Assembly (NCBI GenBank): GCA_030704615.1
Contig: CM060734.1
Location: 58,776,001 to 58,840,000 of the forward strand
Reading direction: 5' to 3'
DNA length: 64,000 bases
DNA from: Takakia lepidozioides
Taxonomy: Eukaryota; Plantae; Bryophyta
Positions 13,449-25,700 of this stretch are shown piece after piece; position 1 is the stretch's first letter; each line of letters begins with the position of its first letter. Under the pieces are notes generated by a model that made no database searches, was not told where the DNA came from, and saw nothing but the letters and a program-made list of their open reading frames with translations. The position numbers and the translations under genes are program-made.

Positions 13449-14105
13449 TGTAGTGTGTGATATGTCTTTAGAAAGATAACTTCATTGCCTACCTCTGTGT
13501 TCAAGTTCCATTCAAATCCAAGATGGTGAGAAAAAACTATCTCCAAAAAGTTGAGCCCCTTCCATTTCATGTTGTTTGTATTTGGCTACATGACCTTGCT
13601 GTGCATGTTTTACTCTCATTTCTTGTCAACTCGATCAATTGTAGTGTGTGATATGTCTTAGGAAAGCTAACTTGATTTCCTACCTCTGTTTTGAAGTGTC
13701 ATTCAAATCCAAGATGGTGAGAAAAAGTTATGTCCAAAAAGCTGAGCCCCTTCCATTTCATGTTGTTTGTATTTGGCTGCATGACCTTGTTGTGCATGTT
13801 TTACTCCCATTTCTTGTCAATTCAATCAATTATAGTGTGTGATATGTCTTTGGAAAGCTAACTTCATTTTCTACCTCTATTTTCAAGTTTCATTTAAATC
13901 CAAGATGGTGAGAAAAAATATGTCCAAAAAGCTCAGCCCCTTCCATTTCATCTTTTTGTTGTGTATTTTTTACTCCCATTTCTTGTCAACTCAATCAATT
14001 GTAGTGTGTGATATGTCTTTGGAGAGCTAACTTCATTTCCTATCTCTGTTTTCAAGTTTCATTCAAATCAAAGATGGTGACAAAAAAAGGTATGTCCAAA
14101 AACCT
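13449..14105. repeat. Tandem repeat, ~190-bp unit, ~3.5 copies
   Basis: Units start t(g/a)tagtgtgtgatatgtctt at ~13449, 13640, 13831 and 14000. Confidence 0.88.
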
Positions 14106-15652
14106 GACAGCTTTAGGTGGAGGTCACCCCAAACTAGAGGCATGAACATGATACATAGTGAAGCTGCCATGAAAAAACAAAAGCAAATATAAGAGGCTCA
14201 GATTTTGGGTGATAGAATTTTCATTTCACACTCAATTTCTTTGATTCCATAACCCACAGATGGATACTTTAACTAGCTTTTTGAAGGAATATCCCACACC
14301 CCGATAGGTGGAGGTGACTGCAAACTAGAGGTATGAACATGGCACATAGTCAAGCTGCCATGAAACAAGTTAGGGCATTGAAGGGGCTCTTGTTTTGGGC
14401 CATAACCATTTGACAGCACACTAGAGTAGAATGAAACAATCAAGAGAAGTGTCTGCATGTGAAGTAGCTCTCCACAGCCATATGACATTGCCAGATTAAA
14501 GGTGTTAACAAAGAGAGGCATATGCAAATGTCATACAAGGTCAATCTGGAAAATGATTGCGCTCAAGTTGGGCTACAAGGCTAGAATATCACCTGGAATG
14601 TGAATGAAACAACACCTAAATGGTTGAGAATCACAATGTACCTTCCCAATATCTCTGCTCACGAGCAGCAGAATCCCTGGCTTCACCAACCAACGCCGAC
14701 GCCCCTCACGCTTGGGTTTCTTCCTTCGACGAACATCATTTCTTTTTCTTTCTTTCTCTTCCCTCTTCTAAACATGTCTTCTACTCTTGGATGAAATGCA
14801 GTGGCCTTCTACAGGTTGTGGGCCCCGCTCCGAGGAAACGACGAAGGTGTCAGTGTCAGTTAGGGGCGCTGCGAAAATCGATCGCCCTTTGTGAAGGGAC
14901 GGTTTTTTTGCACCCTTTCGCAAGGGGCAATTCCGTGGGGGCACCCCTTAGGAAAAATGTTATTTCCACCAATAGCGCCTCGTGAATCATGGGGGTGAAT
15001 CATGGGGGTGATTCATGGGGGGACGCTTGCTGCTGCCTGTGGAACCCGACTCACACTCATTTCTTTATTGGTACACTTGTAGAGAGAGACTTAGCAACAT
15101 GTTCAAGTCAATGGAGAAAATGTGGTCAAATGACCTTACAGGCTTAGATTGGTGTGTTGTGATGAATCATGCCTCTCACTCTCACCTTTTTCTTATAGCA
15201 AGAGAGCCCATTGCCCTTTTAGAATTATTTTTTTATTGGCCTTGAGCAGTGACCACTGAGTACATATGCAGCACGAAGTACATTATCCCGTGGGTCCCTC
15301 AGTGCTCGGCACATGCTCTTTATGTTTTTAATGTGTTCTAGTCATGGTTGAATGTCTATATATATCCATCTATTCATAGATCAGATAATATGTGTTTATA
15401 TCCCAAGTGATCGGAGGTTCCTTCCGTTCTTTATGTGTTCTTAGCAGTAGAATCATGAGGATACCAATAGCATGATATCAACCCGTATATCAATGTATCC
15501 GGATCCATTGTTTTGAATCCGGGTTAGATGCATAATTGGCGGCTATGAAAATACGCAAAAACAAATGCTATACCCGGTGTAATACCCGGCAGATATCCGG
15601 CCAATACCCGTCAGTACCTATAGTATTAGAATAATGATAGTATTTTATGATA

Positions 15653-16229
15653 CCGTACTGACCTAGCTTATGGCACTTCCGCGCCTAATAACTAATAAAA
15701 ATGGAATATTGTTAGGCAGATTCGTTTTTATTATTTAGACACCTCACCTAGGTAATTTCCAAACATTAGGCACAGTCGACCCTGGATAATAATGAACGAT
15801 TATTTTTTACCTCCCTCAAAAACTATTGTTGAGGTAATTTTTTCTTAAAAAAACATAATGGTCTTGAAAATAGGTATTACCTCAACAATTGTTTTTGACC
15901 TCCCAGGATGATGATGTTCCTGACCTTAACATTCTCTCAGATTCAAAAAATTCACAAGAGATAGGTGATGAGAATTATGAAGATATAGTTGTGTGGAGAT
16001 GAAAATATAAATTGCAGGCATTTTTGTCATTTTTTGGACTTTAAATAATATAATTTAGGCATTTTTTGCACATACTTGGACATTTTGGTGTTTTTCACAA
16101 TTTTCGAGCAATTAGGCACTTCTCACGAAAATTTCCCAAGTTTTAGGCACATTTTCCAAAAACAAATCTAACTTTAATTAGGCACTTGATTTTGAATTAA
16201 TTATTGTCTAATAAGCTAGATCAGTACGG
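15653..16229. mobile_element. MITE, Tc1/mariner(pogo)-like
   Basis: TIR CCGTACTGACCTAGCTTAT / ATAAGCTAGATCAGTACGG (1 mismatch), flanked by TA on both sides. AT-rich non-coding interior. Confidence 0.75.
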
Positions 16230-17399
16230 TATCATGGATGCCTATTTGCTTTCTACAAGGTTATTTTCTTTGTTTTGTAGTTTGATTAACAAGGTTCTCT
16301 ACCAGTGTTGTACTGGTATCAGGTTGACGACATACCAGACTGGTACTGATACCAGACATGAAACAATACTCTTAACTTATATATATTTAATGGCGGATGT
16401 TTTCTTCCCAAATATTGGTATGAATATGAGTGTCATGATGTCATGACCACAAATATCAGAATGCTGCGGTAATATAGATATCAAGATAACTAACTATAAA
16501 AATAATAAAATACAAATAAAATTAATTTATACAAAATATACGAGTACTTGTGCATGTCATAAATTGATATAATACCCATACCAATGTAGATGAGGAAGAC
16601 TGTAGAGTACTGGTTGTGGCTGGTCGGAATAAACCAATATCAGCCTGGTGTCACGTATTCTCCTAAATGATACGAGACTAATCTGGTATTTGATAGCAGT
16701 GCATATACCATGCACATACGAGTCTTTCACTTATATACCACAACTCTCTATTTTTAAGAACAAAGAATAAATAATCATTAAATAATAAAAATAAAAATAA
16801 AATGCACGGATATTTTAATTGCATATATATCTTCATATTTTATTATGTCCTCAGACTTACCACCTACTTTCATACAGATTCTTTGGCCGTTTTTTAATAT
16901 CCTCCCGTTCCGGGTATTACCAACATGACAAATAGCGGATCCGGGTAGCATGTAATTAGGGCTGAGAACAAGAGGTTGGGTAGCATGTGAACAGGGCCTA
17001 AGTGTCTGTCACGCCTTGTTTAAAAAGGATTGAGATTTAAGTTATTGCTCTCTCGGCGCGAATTCAGGCCATATAACTTATCCTAAGGAGTTTTCAGGAT
17101 CAACCGACAGGGAGAACCGGCAGCCAGTTACATGCTAGCCGACTGAATTCCAGAATTTCCGAATGAAATATGAAACCTCAGGAAATGGATCCGAGGGAAA
17201 AAATGGCCGAAGCGAAAATCAATCGGGTGCATGTCTGCTTGCAGTCGCTGCCTACTATCACAGCTCACCTGTCCACGCAGGTTCATATTCTTGGCCTCTA
17301 TGTGGTTTGAAGGCATTGACAGGTCCACCTTCTATAATTCTTCACTTGTTTGAATTGCTTAAAACTGGTTGTGATTATTATTATTATTATTATTTACTT

Positions 17400-17576
17400 T
17401 GTCGTGTGCATACATATCGCTACACAACTACATCGCTGTCCAAAACCACACAACACATGTGCACGCCACACACTAGTATATCACTAGTCCACCACCAATC
17501 CAGCCACTAGTCCAACCATTAGGCTACAACTAGTCAGTCACTAGGCTGCCCACTATGGCAGTCATTAGTCCACACA
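17400..17576 (-). repeat. Terminal repeat A (outer copy)
   Basis: TGTCGTG...CCACACA; direct repeat of 17907-18082 with small indels. Confidence 0.9.
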
Positions 17577-17577
17577 A

Positions 17578-17904
17578 TGATAAAGAAGAAGAATACAAGC
17601 ACAAGCTCATGCGAGCTCACAAAGCTGAAGCATAAACTCATGCATATATAACCTCATCACTCAAATACAAGTCAAGCCAAGTGCACCCCACGCCATGGGG
17701 AATCCACACTACGGCGCCATAGCTAGGCGCGGTAAGGCTCAACTCGAGAAAGATGAGCCTCCCGCGCTTGTCGTGAAGATAACCACTCCAGGGCCTAAAT
17801 TTGTCTTGACCCCTGGATTGACACTTGGGCCAATCCCAAATGTCAATATGTAAAAGCTAGCTATTTCCTAGCTAGTTTCACACTAGTGATAAAATAACTT
17901 GACA
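17578..17904 (-). repeat. Repeat B (3' copy, 327 bp)
   Basis: TGATAAAG...CTTGACA; about 9 mismatches versus 33117-33443 by eye. Confidence 0.95.
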
Positions 17905-17906
17905 GC

Positions 17907-18082
17907 TATCGTGCGCATACATATCGCTACACAATTACATCGCTGTCTAAAACCACACAACACATGTGCACGCCACACACTAGTATACCACTAGTCCACC
18001 ACTAGTCCAACCACTAGGCTACAACTAGTCAGTCACTAGTCTGCCACTATGTTGCCTACTATGGCAGTCACTAGTCCACACA
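17907..18082 (-). repeat. Repeat A' (inner copy, next to the PPT)
   Basis: Copy of 17400-17576. On the minus strand it follows AGGGGGGGCA-AT. Confidence 0.9.
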
Positions 18083-18343
18083 ATTGCCCCCCCTAACTGG
18101 TGCTTAGGTCCCTCTAAGTCCAGGTAGCCACAAGATGTGATAGTGACCATAGCCTCACTAAGTCCTCCACCATTGTCCCTACCACACTCAAACTCGATAG
18201 ATCAAGAAGCCGGGTGCAAGAGTTGCCCCATCGTTAGTTGCCGTCTTGCAACCTGTGAACTTGAGCCTGGGATCTCGTGTATTGACTCCTATGAGCTTGG
18301 CCTCCTATGTCTTGTTAGCTGCCTCTAGTCATGTCCACTGCCA

Positions 18344-19600
18344 CTATCCCAAGCAGTGTGGACATAACCAATCTCCATCAAGAACCCTCTCAAGAGGTGG
18401 TGTCAAGCATCCCATATGCCAACCTCTTGAGCATCGATCACACACCAGCATGGTGGCTGCCCCTTTGGCAGACCCACAGAGCATGCACCTCAAACCTGCA
18501 GGTACCACTGCCAAGTTTGGGTCAACTCTGCCATCGACATTGGGAAGGTGACATGACGCACAATTACGCACATGGTCTTTCCAAGTCATGCCATCCCGAC
18601 CCTCCAAGATCAGGACTCCTGAGGGCAACACCTCTCAAACCCTCAGAATAACACGCCCTGCAGTGATATCCAGGGTCGTAGGAGCAGTCTGCTGCAAATA
18701 AACATAGTCACCAGGGCTAAACCTCCGAACCCCAGGACGATATCCTCCACCATGTATAGTGGCATACCTCAACGTATCACGGTGTTGTGCAATGGCAAGG
18801 TTCTCAAAAGCCGTGGGCATGACTTTCTTGAACAACTCTGCACGCTCATCGCATGCACGTACCTACACGTCCGGATCGTCAAGGTTAAGGACTTGAGCAG
18901 TGTCCCTACGAATGGCTGCAGGCAAATCTGGCTCTCGGCCAAAGAAAAGGAAATACGGTGAGAAGGAGGCAAGTGATGTTTGTTTGCTGAACTTGTAGCC
19001 CATGGCTAACCAAGGCATCTGAAGATCCCAATCTCCTAGGTGTCCTTTCTGTGAGCCATACTTGCGCAACCCCCTCTTCACCATCTGAACAACTCTCTCT
19101 GCCAAGCCATCGGCCTCAGGATGATCCCGAGAAGTGGTACGGTGGTCTATCAAGGCTTTATCACACAAAGCCTGAAACTCCCCCAAAAACTCTCTCCCTT
19201 GGTCTGTGAGTACCTCAGCTGGAGCACCGAATCGGCTAAGCACACGATCCAAGAATGTATACGCAGCCCCCTCACTAGCCTTGTCAGGCAATGGAACCAA
19301 CTCAATCCACTTGGAGAAGTGCTCCACTATCACCAACACATATCTGTGGTGACGCATAGTCAGTGGCAACGGTCCTGCGAAGTCAAGACTCCACCTGTAG
19401 TCCAATCCCATGATTGGTAAAGGATACAACTGTGGTGTAGGGGCGTTGAATAAAGCACGCACCCTGTCACACACCATGTACCTAGCCACGAACTGTTGCA
19501 CCTCTGTATGCATACCACGCCACCAATACTACCCCTGCAGTAAACTGTGAGTGCGTCGCACTCCAAAGTGCCCCAACTCCTCATGGGCATGCCGCACTAA
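18344..19600 (-). pseudogene. Integrase (HHCC + DDE core) with C-terminal PHD finger
   Basis: HEELGHFG...MVCD, WSLDFAGP, VLTDQGREF, GLAERVV, then CMLC...MLVCDRC..GWHMGC...GDWLCPHC (C4HC3). In-frame stops at ~19529, ~18863 and ~18635. Confidence 0.93.
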
Positions 19601-19909
19601 CCATGCACGCTGTGTGGGTTGAGGCAAAATCCTTACCCAACCATCCTCCCATACTTGGAGCAGGTGTATCCCCTCCCACTTGAACCTCTTGGCTCGTTGC
19701 AGGATCCGATCCCTCTCCTTGGCAGTTGCAATGGCTGCCGTGTCTCCAGTACGGAGGTAGTCCAACACAGCCGAATCCTCATGTATATCTTGGGTACCAC
19801 CTGGCTCATCACTAGCCTCAGGGTCCTCAGACACTCCGTCTACAGTCATCCCTGTTGTAGGTCCAACCTAACTTCCCGATGCCAAGATATACAAAAAAGC
19901 AGATGCATG

Positions 19910-21330
19910 TCATCCCGACACCATCTCCTCGTCCGTCTCACCATGCCACCGAGCTCCAGTGTCATCATGCTGGCTCGTGCATGGATTGCGACTAAATCCA
20001 TCTGCATCCTGATTGATCAAACCCGGTCGATGCACAACCTGAAAGTCATACTCCTGGAGTATGAGTGCCCACCGTGCAAGCTTCCCCGTAAGCTTGTTTG
20101 ACTCCATCAACCACTTGAGTGGCTGGTGATCCGTGACAAGGGTGAAGAGATTGTCGTATAGATAGCACCTGAAGTGTGCCACGGCCCACACTGCAGCTAA
20201 GCAGTCTCCCTCATATGAGCTGTACTTAGCCTCTGCAGTGTTGTTCGAGTGGCTAGCATAAGCCACTACGAACTCTCTTCCCTCATCATCCACCTGTGTG
20301 AGCACCGCTCCAAGCCCCAGCATGCTCCAATCCGTATGCAGCTGAAAGGGACGCCCCCTGATAGGTCGTCTCAGGATTTGCGCCGAGGTCAACCTCGCCT
20401 TGAGCTCTTGAAAAGCTCATTCCTGCTCATCTTCCCACTGCTTGGTCAACTTGGTTAGAGCCTTTGCAATGGCACTAAATCCCTTGACAAACCGTCTATA
20501 ATAGTTTGCCAACCCCATGAAAGCTCGAACTCAGCTCACATCCGTGGGGCGTGGAATTTGTGCAATGGCCTCTACCTTAGTCTACTGTACCCCCAATCCT
20601 CCAGGATATATCATGTGACCCAGATACTCAATCTAGTTGTGGAAAAACTTGCACTTCCCCGGATGCAACTTCAATTTGTACGCCTCAAGCGCTCCAATAC
20701 CACCTGAAGGTGTCTCTCATGCTCATCCACTGTAGCACTAAAAATGATGATGTCATCTATGTAGCACCGAGCAAAGTCCACCCCTGCTAGAATCCTATCC
20801 ATGACTCTCTGAAACTCTGCAGGAGCATTCTTAAGCCCAAATGGTAAGAACCGCCACTGATATAGGCAATCCTTGCCGTGCTCATTGATCCCCCAGAATG
20901 TCGTCTTCTGTTTGTCCGCCTCCTTGATCAACAACTGGTGATATCTGGATCGTAAATCCAAAGTGCTAAAGACCTCAACATGCCCGATGGCATCAAAGAT
21001 CTCATCTGGTGTTGGCATAGCATACTTATCGGACTTGGTCTGACGATTTACAGGCCGGTACTGCACATACGTCTCTCCATCCAATTGCCATAGACATCCT
21101 TCTTGGCTGGCATCACTGTGGCTGAAGCATACTCTCCACCAGAGAGCTCCACCAAACCAGCCTCCTAGAGATCTTGAGTCCTCATCTGAATCAAAGACCT
21201 CTCCATGTCACTGTATCTATAGGGTCTCCGAAAGATTTGCGTGTCAGTGGCCAACTCAATACGAATCTCTTGACCCTTCAGTGCTCCCAAGTCCTTCAAA
21301 CTGAAGGCAAAGCAATTCTGGTAAGCCCTC
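19910..21330 (-). pseudogene. Reverse transcriptase and RNase H (Ty3/Gypsy)
   Basis: FSTLDLRSRYHQ, LPFGLKNAPAEFQR, CYIDDIIIFS; RNase H FQLHTDWS..GLGAVL, FTLVTDHQPL, ADGFSR. Confidence 0.95.
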
Positions 21331-21759
21331 AGGAACCGCCGTATACGTCGTCTCTCTCCTCCGGTGACAATGGGTCCAATGTCAGGCTCCCAATTGTCCT
21401 TCGTAACTGCAACCTTAAGTCCAGTGGGCTTAGAGGTAGAGGATGCGTCCAGTGGTTGCTATGTTGCAACCTCTTGAGCGGTACTTCCTGCCTGCTCAAT
21501 CAATGACAAGGCCTCATCCTGCCCCATCATCTCATCCTCGAGGACTTCCTCAACCCGAGAAAAATCCCCAACCTCATCCATCACCGCCGCCCTGGCTGTT
21601 AACTCCCTCTGAACCTCGAGCACCTCCCACGTGTGCCATGGATGCCTGCACCTAGTGGTCCTCTCATACTCACCCCCACTCACTGCCTGTACCGTCTCAG
21701 TAGGCAGATAGACCATCAAGGGAAGTGTACTCCGCACTCTGCGTTGCTTAGCCATAGCC

Positions 21760-22732
21760 AAGCTGATAATCCAGGTCAAGCAATTGAGATCCATTGCTTG
21801 CCCCAACACCTAACGACGTGATGCCTTAGAAAGAGACGGCACCGCCGTGGTACCAGTGGTAAAACCCATTGCCCGCTCACGCTCGTCAGCATTAGGCTCC
21901 ACTAACTGCTGCAACTGAGCATCCCACAGGAGGCCAAGTCCACTATCCCGGAAAGCATGCGATCCTGGGAAGCTGAGCAGTGTAGGTAATGCTGCTCGTG
22001 GTTGACCCACCTTGTTGACCACTGCCAAAGACGAACGGTCATCGTGTCTCACACGCTGAGACTGCCTCCCTGTGTCCAAAATGCTATCCACTGTGAGGTG
22101 TGCTGGCCGCTGCACCCCATCAAATGTACGCTTGAGCAGTGCGGGTGACATCAAGTTAGTCCACCATAGCCGTGGACGATGAGCCCGTGACCCCACTGTA
22201 CTGCTAACAACACTGCTGATCCAAGCCACGATCGGACTTGATGCACACTGGCCATCACCCTGGCCCGAGAATCGCCCATCAGTGGCACTTTCTCCAAGAT
22301 GTATACTGAAGATACAGCTTGATGAAGCTGCAACTGGCGCAAAACCCGCACCATCTCCCAAAACAGACCCGACCTCGAGTCTCGTAATCCATTGCCATGC
22401 CCGGCTGATGAATGCCCTTGGCAAGGCCAACTTGCCACTACCAGATCAATGGAGCCAACCCGCTCCAATCCTGCGCCCCCAGCAACGAAATGTCTGTTGG
22501 CAAGGCCTGCTGATATCCACGAACTGCAGACACTGGCAACAACTCAGGGTACTGCTGCACCAACTGAGCAACATGGTGAAGTGAAACGCGTCGTGCAGTC
22601 TTATCCCTCTCCACATACAGGTAACGCCAAACTCGTACACCTGCCTGTAACACAGCAGTCAATCCGGTGCTGATCCCGCCAAACAAGTCCAGAAGACAAA
22701 TGCCTTCATCCGGATACTGCCACAAAATAGGT
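21760..22732 (-). pseudogene. C5-cytosine DNA methyltransferase domain (DNMT3-like) within pol
   Basis: Motif I LDLFGGISTG, II VERD, III TDI, IV SWPCQGHS, V RSGLF, VI ILEKV (canonical ENV), VIII AHRPRLWWTN, IX ERERAMGF..GTT, X LGQAMD. Two frameshifts (~22465, ~22200) and a TAG at 21810. Confidence 0.92.
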
Positions 22733-22735
22733 ATG

Positions 22736-25700
22736 CACTACAACAGATTGCGGCTTTTACGACTCCCATGGGTGCGCAGTCATGACAGATATGTGGCAGA
22801 AATACCATTTGCAGTCGTAAAATGCTTTTGAAGTCATAATGCAGGTCTGGGGAAGGCGTATATGCGACTGCATGGCTCCAGACTCTGCGGAACACATATC
22901 AAACATGTTTGACCACGAATATTGGCATGGCAGATATGACTACCAGTCACGGTCATGGCTACACTAGAATGACGTGTGTATATTGCTAGAAAGACATATG
23001 ACTTCATGATTCTCACTCTAATGCATTCTGCCAGATCATCACGTGGATGAATCACTACATGACTGCACATGTCAACACATGCTTTTCTGGTTATATATAT
23101 AATATATGAGTATCTATATTTTGAAAAAACAGAGACTCTGACCACTAGAATCAATTTTTTTTATAAAAAAATGCAATTTAAAAAAAAAAAAAAAAAACAC
23201 ATCGGCTGGTAAGTGCACAGTGTGTGTCCCTGGTGGTTTGGGGTTCAAACCCTGCCTTATCCCGTGTGTGGGATTGTTCGTGACAGTATGTCTGGGCGTT
23301 GATCGTCCTGTACGTCTTATGGCCCATAAATGAAGGCGGGTGAAATTTCCCCCCCTCCTCAAGGACCTGGTTTCCTTTAAGAAAAAAAAAAAAAAGAAAA
23401 AAAATCAAAGAGGGGCTTTTAGGGTTTACAAAAAGGTTAAAAAACTTAAAAAGTTGTCCATCACGGTAGCGTGAACAGACTTAGAGCGAGCGGGAGGGAG
23501 AGAGAGAGAGGGTTGGGACTTAGAGCGAGCGAGCGGGAGAGAGGGCAAACATGCATGGGAGGCCCGCAGTTGGATCAACCTTCGCATTTGGAGCAAGCAA
23601 CCCTAGAAACGCTACGGTATGTGTACGAGGAGGTTTCGGCTGGGAGCCCGCCGTTCTTGGGAGAGTCAGCTTCATCTTAGCAGGCCGTGTTTCAATCTCT
23701 ACCCGCTCGGCCCTGATTTTACAGCACGGAGCAGAGCTGGCATGAGTTTCTAAAAGATCCTTCACGATGGTGGGACAACCGCAATCGCAAGGTGTGGCTT
23801 TTTCTTAATGTACGATGTGAAGAAGTTTGTCCATCCTGCAAATGTGGGTTGTTGGCTCCTGTTAGTACCATGATTTGGTATTCTTCCTGATGTTTACAAG
23901 GTTCTTGGGAGAGTTAGCTTGGTCTTAGCAGGCCGTGTTTCAATCTCTGCCCACTCAGCTACACCGTGGTGGTTCTCACTGACCAATCCGACATTACCTG
24001 ACTACAGAAAACAAGCAGCACACTGAAGAGGTCCTCTTGGGTTCATGGTCAGTCAAATCCTCCATGGGCCATGACACAAGGTCGAGGACAATGTGGTGAG
24101 GGCACCTTCTTCTTCGACCTATTTCAGCCTGTTTTGTCCTCTCATCAACTCGGCCCTTCATTTGCAGCACGGAGCAGAGTTGGCATGAGATTTTTAAAGA
24201 TCCTTCACGATGGTGCGACAACCGCAATGGCAAGGTGTGGCTTTTCCTTAATGTACGATGTGAAGAAGTTTGTCCATCCTGCAAATGTGGGCTGTTGGCT
24301 CCTGTTAGTACCATGATTTGGTATTCTTCCTGATGTTTCAAGGTTCTTGGGAGAGTCAGCTTGGTCTTAGCAGGCCGTGTTTCAATCTCTGCCTGCTCAT
24401 CTGCACCGTGCTGGTTCTCACAGACCAATCCGACATTACCTGACTACAAGACACAAGCAGCACACACAAGAGGTCCTTTTGGGTTGATGGTCGGTCAAAT
24501 CCTCTATGGGTACTTCTTCGACCTATTTCAGCCTGTTTTGCCCTCTCATCAGACTCGGCCTTGAGATGCATATTGAATTATGTAAGTTAGCTCGTTGCTC
24601 ATTGATAAGTAGGGTTGGGGGTGTTTGCTGGAATGATTGTTGTATGCATGATTTGTGCAGAGGCATAGATAGCTGAAGGAGCAGGGATAGAGTGTGGAGA
24701 GGGCCAGATTTCAAGCTCCAGATTATCTATGATTCCCTGTGGAAGGATAGATACAAGAAACCTGCATGGGTAGATGGTCAATTGGAAGCCGCAGCAGCAG
24801 CAGCACAATTGATACAATCAAGCACTGCTAATGAAGGCACCTTCTGAAACACATTTCACCCTATTTTCCCCTCTTATCAGAATCGGCCTAAATTTTCATT
24901 TCAATTCTGCAAGTTAGCTGGTTGAGTGAATCTAGTTGGAGTGACTTTGACATGATACTGCCAATGTGACAAGAGTATGCATTGAACCCATTGGTAGCGG
25001 GATATTGGGATATCTCTTGGCCATGTGCCATCGTCAAAGCTGAAACTGTACTAGTTGTCATTCTGACCACTGCCCTAGTGGACATGTATGCCAAATGTGG
25101 GTGCAGCAAGCCTGATGCAAAGGGAGAGTTCGACAACATGGCTAAATGAGATGTGGGTTGTGGACTGCCATGATTGTAAGGTGTGTGTAGCATAGGTGTG
25201 GGAGTAAGGCTTTGGAAACCTAAGAACAAATGATGTGGGAAATGATGAAGCCAAACCAGGTCATGTTCATTTGTGTTTGTTAATATGCATATGCGAGCCT
25301 AGCAGCCCTGGGAAGGGGCCAAGAGGTTCATGGTGACATCATCAAAGCTGGAATTGTACCTGATGTCATTCTGAACATTCCCCTGGTGTACATGTATGTC
25401 AAATGCGAGCTGGTAGCCCTGGAAAGGACGCAAAGGTCCATTATCAATCTGGAATTGTACCACTAGATGTCACTCTAAACACTGCCTTGGTGGATATGTA
25501 TGTCAATGCACGCCTGGCAGCCCTGAAAAAGGGTACAGAGGTCCACGGTGATATTGTCAAAGCTGGTGGTATTGTATTTGATGTGATTCTGAACGTTGCC
25601 GTAGTGACCATGTATGCCAAGGTTGCAGGGTGCAACTACAAGGATACATGGTTGTTTTGATAATATGGCTAAATGAGATGTGGTACCAGCCTAGCCCATA

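Larger units (their letters stand above)
11784..15052 (+). mobile_element. PIF/Harbinger DNA transposon (decayed)
   Basis: Contains a Harbinger transposase remnant. Candidate TIRs GGGCCGGGTTCCA (11784, preceded by TTA) and TGGAACCCGACTC (ends 15052). The right TSD is not conserved, so boundaries are tentative. Confidence 0.6.

Noticed and set aside
13449-14105. Regular repeats as a CRISPR-like array
   Set aside because: Long tandem units with no unique spacers, in a eukaryotic transposon context.
14400-14900. Possible Harbinger ORF2 (Myb/SANT) on the minus strand
   Set aside because: Expected by position, but no convincing motif could be read.
21760-22732. DNMT as bacterial restriction-modification contamination or CACTA cargo
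   Set aside because: It lies outside the CACTA TIR/TSD, is collinear with protease and RT, and has no neighbouring endonuclease.
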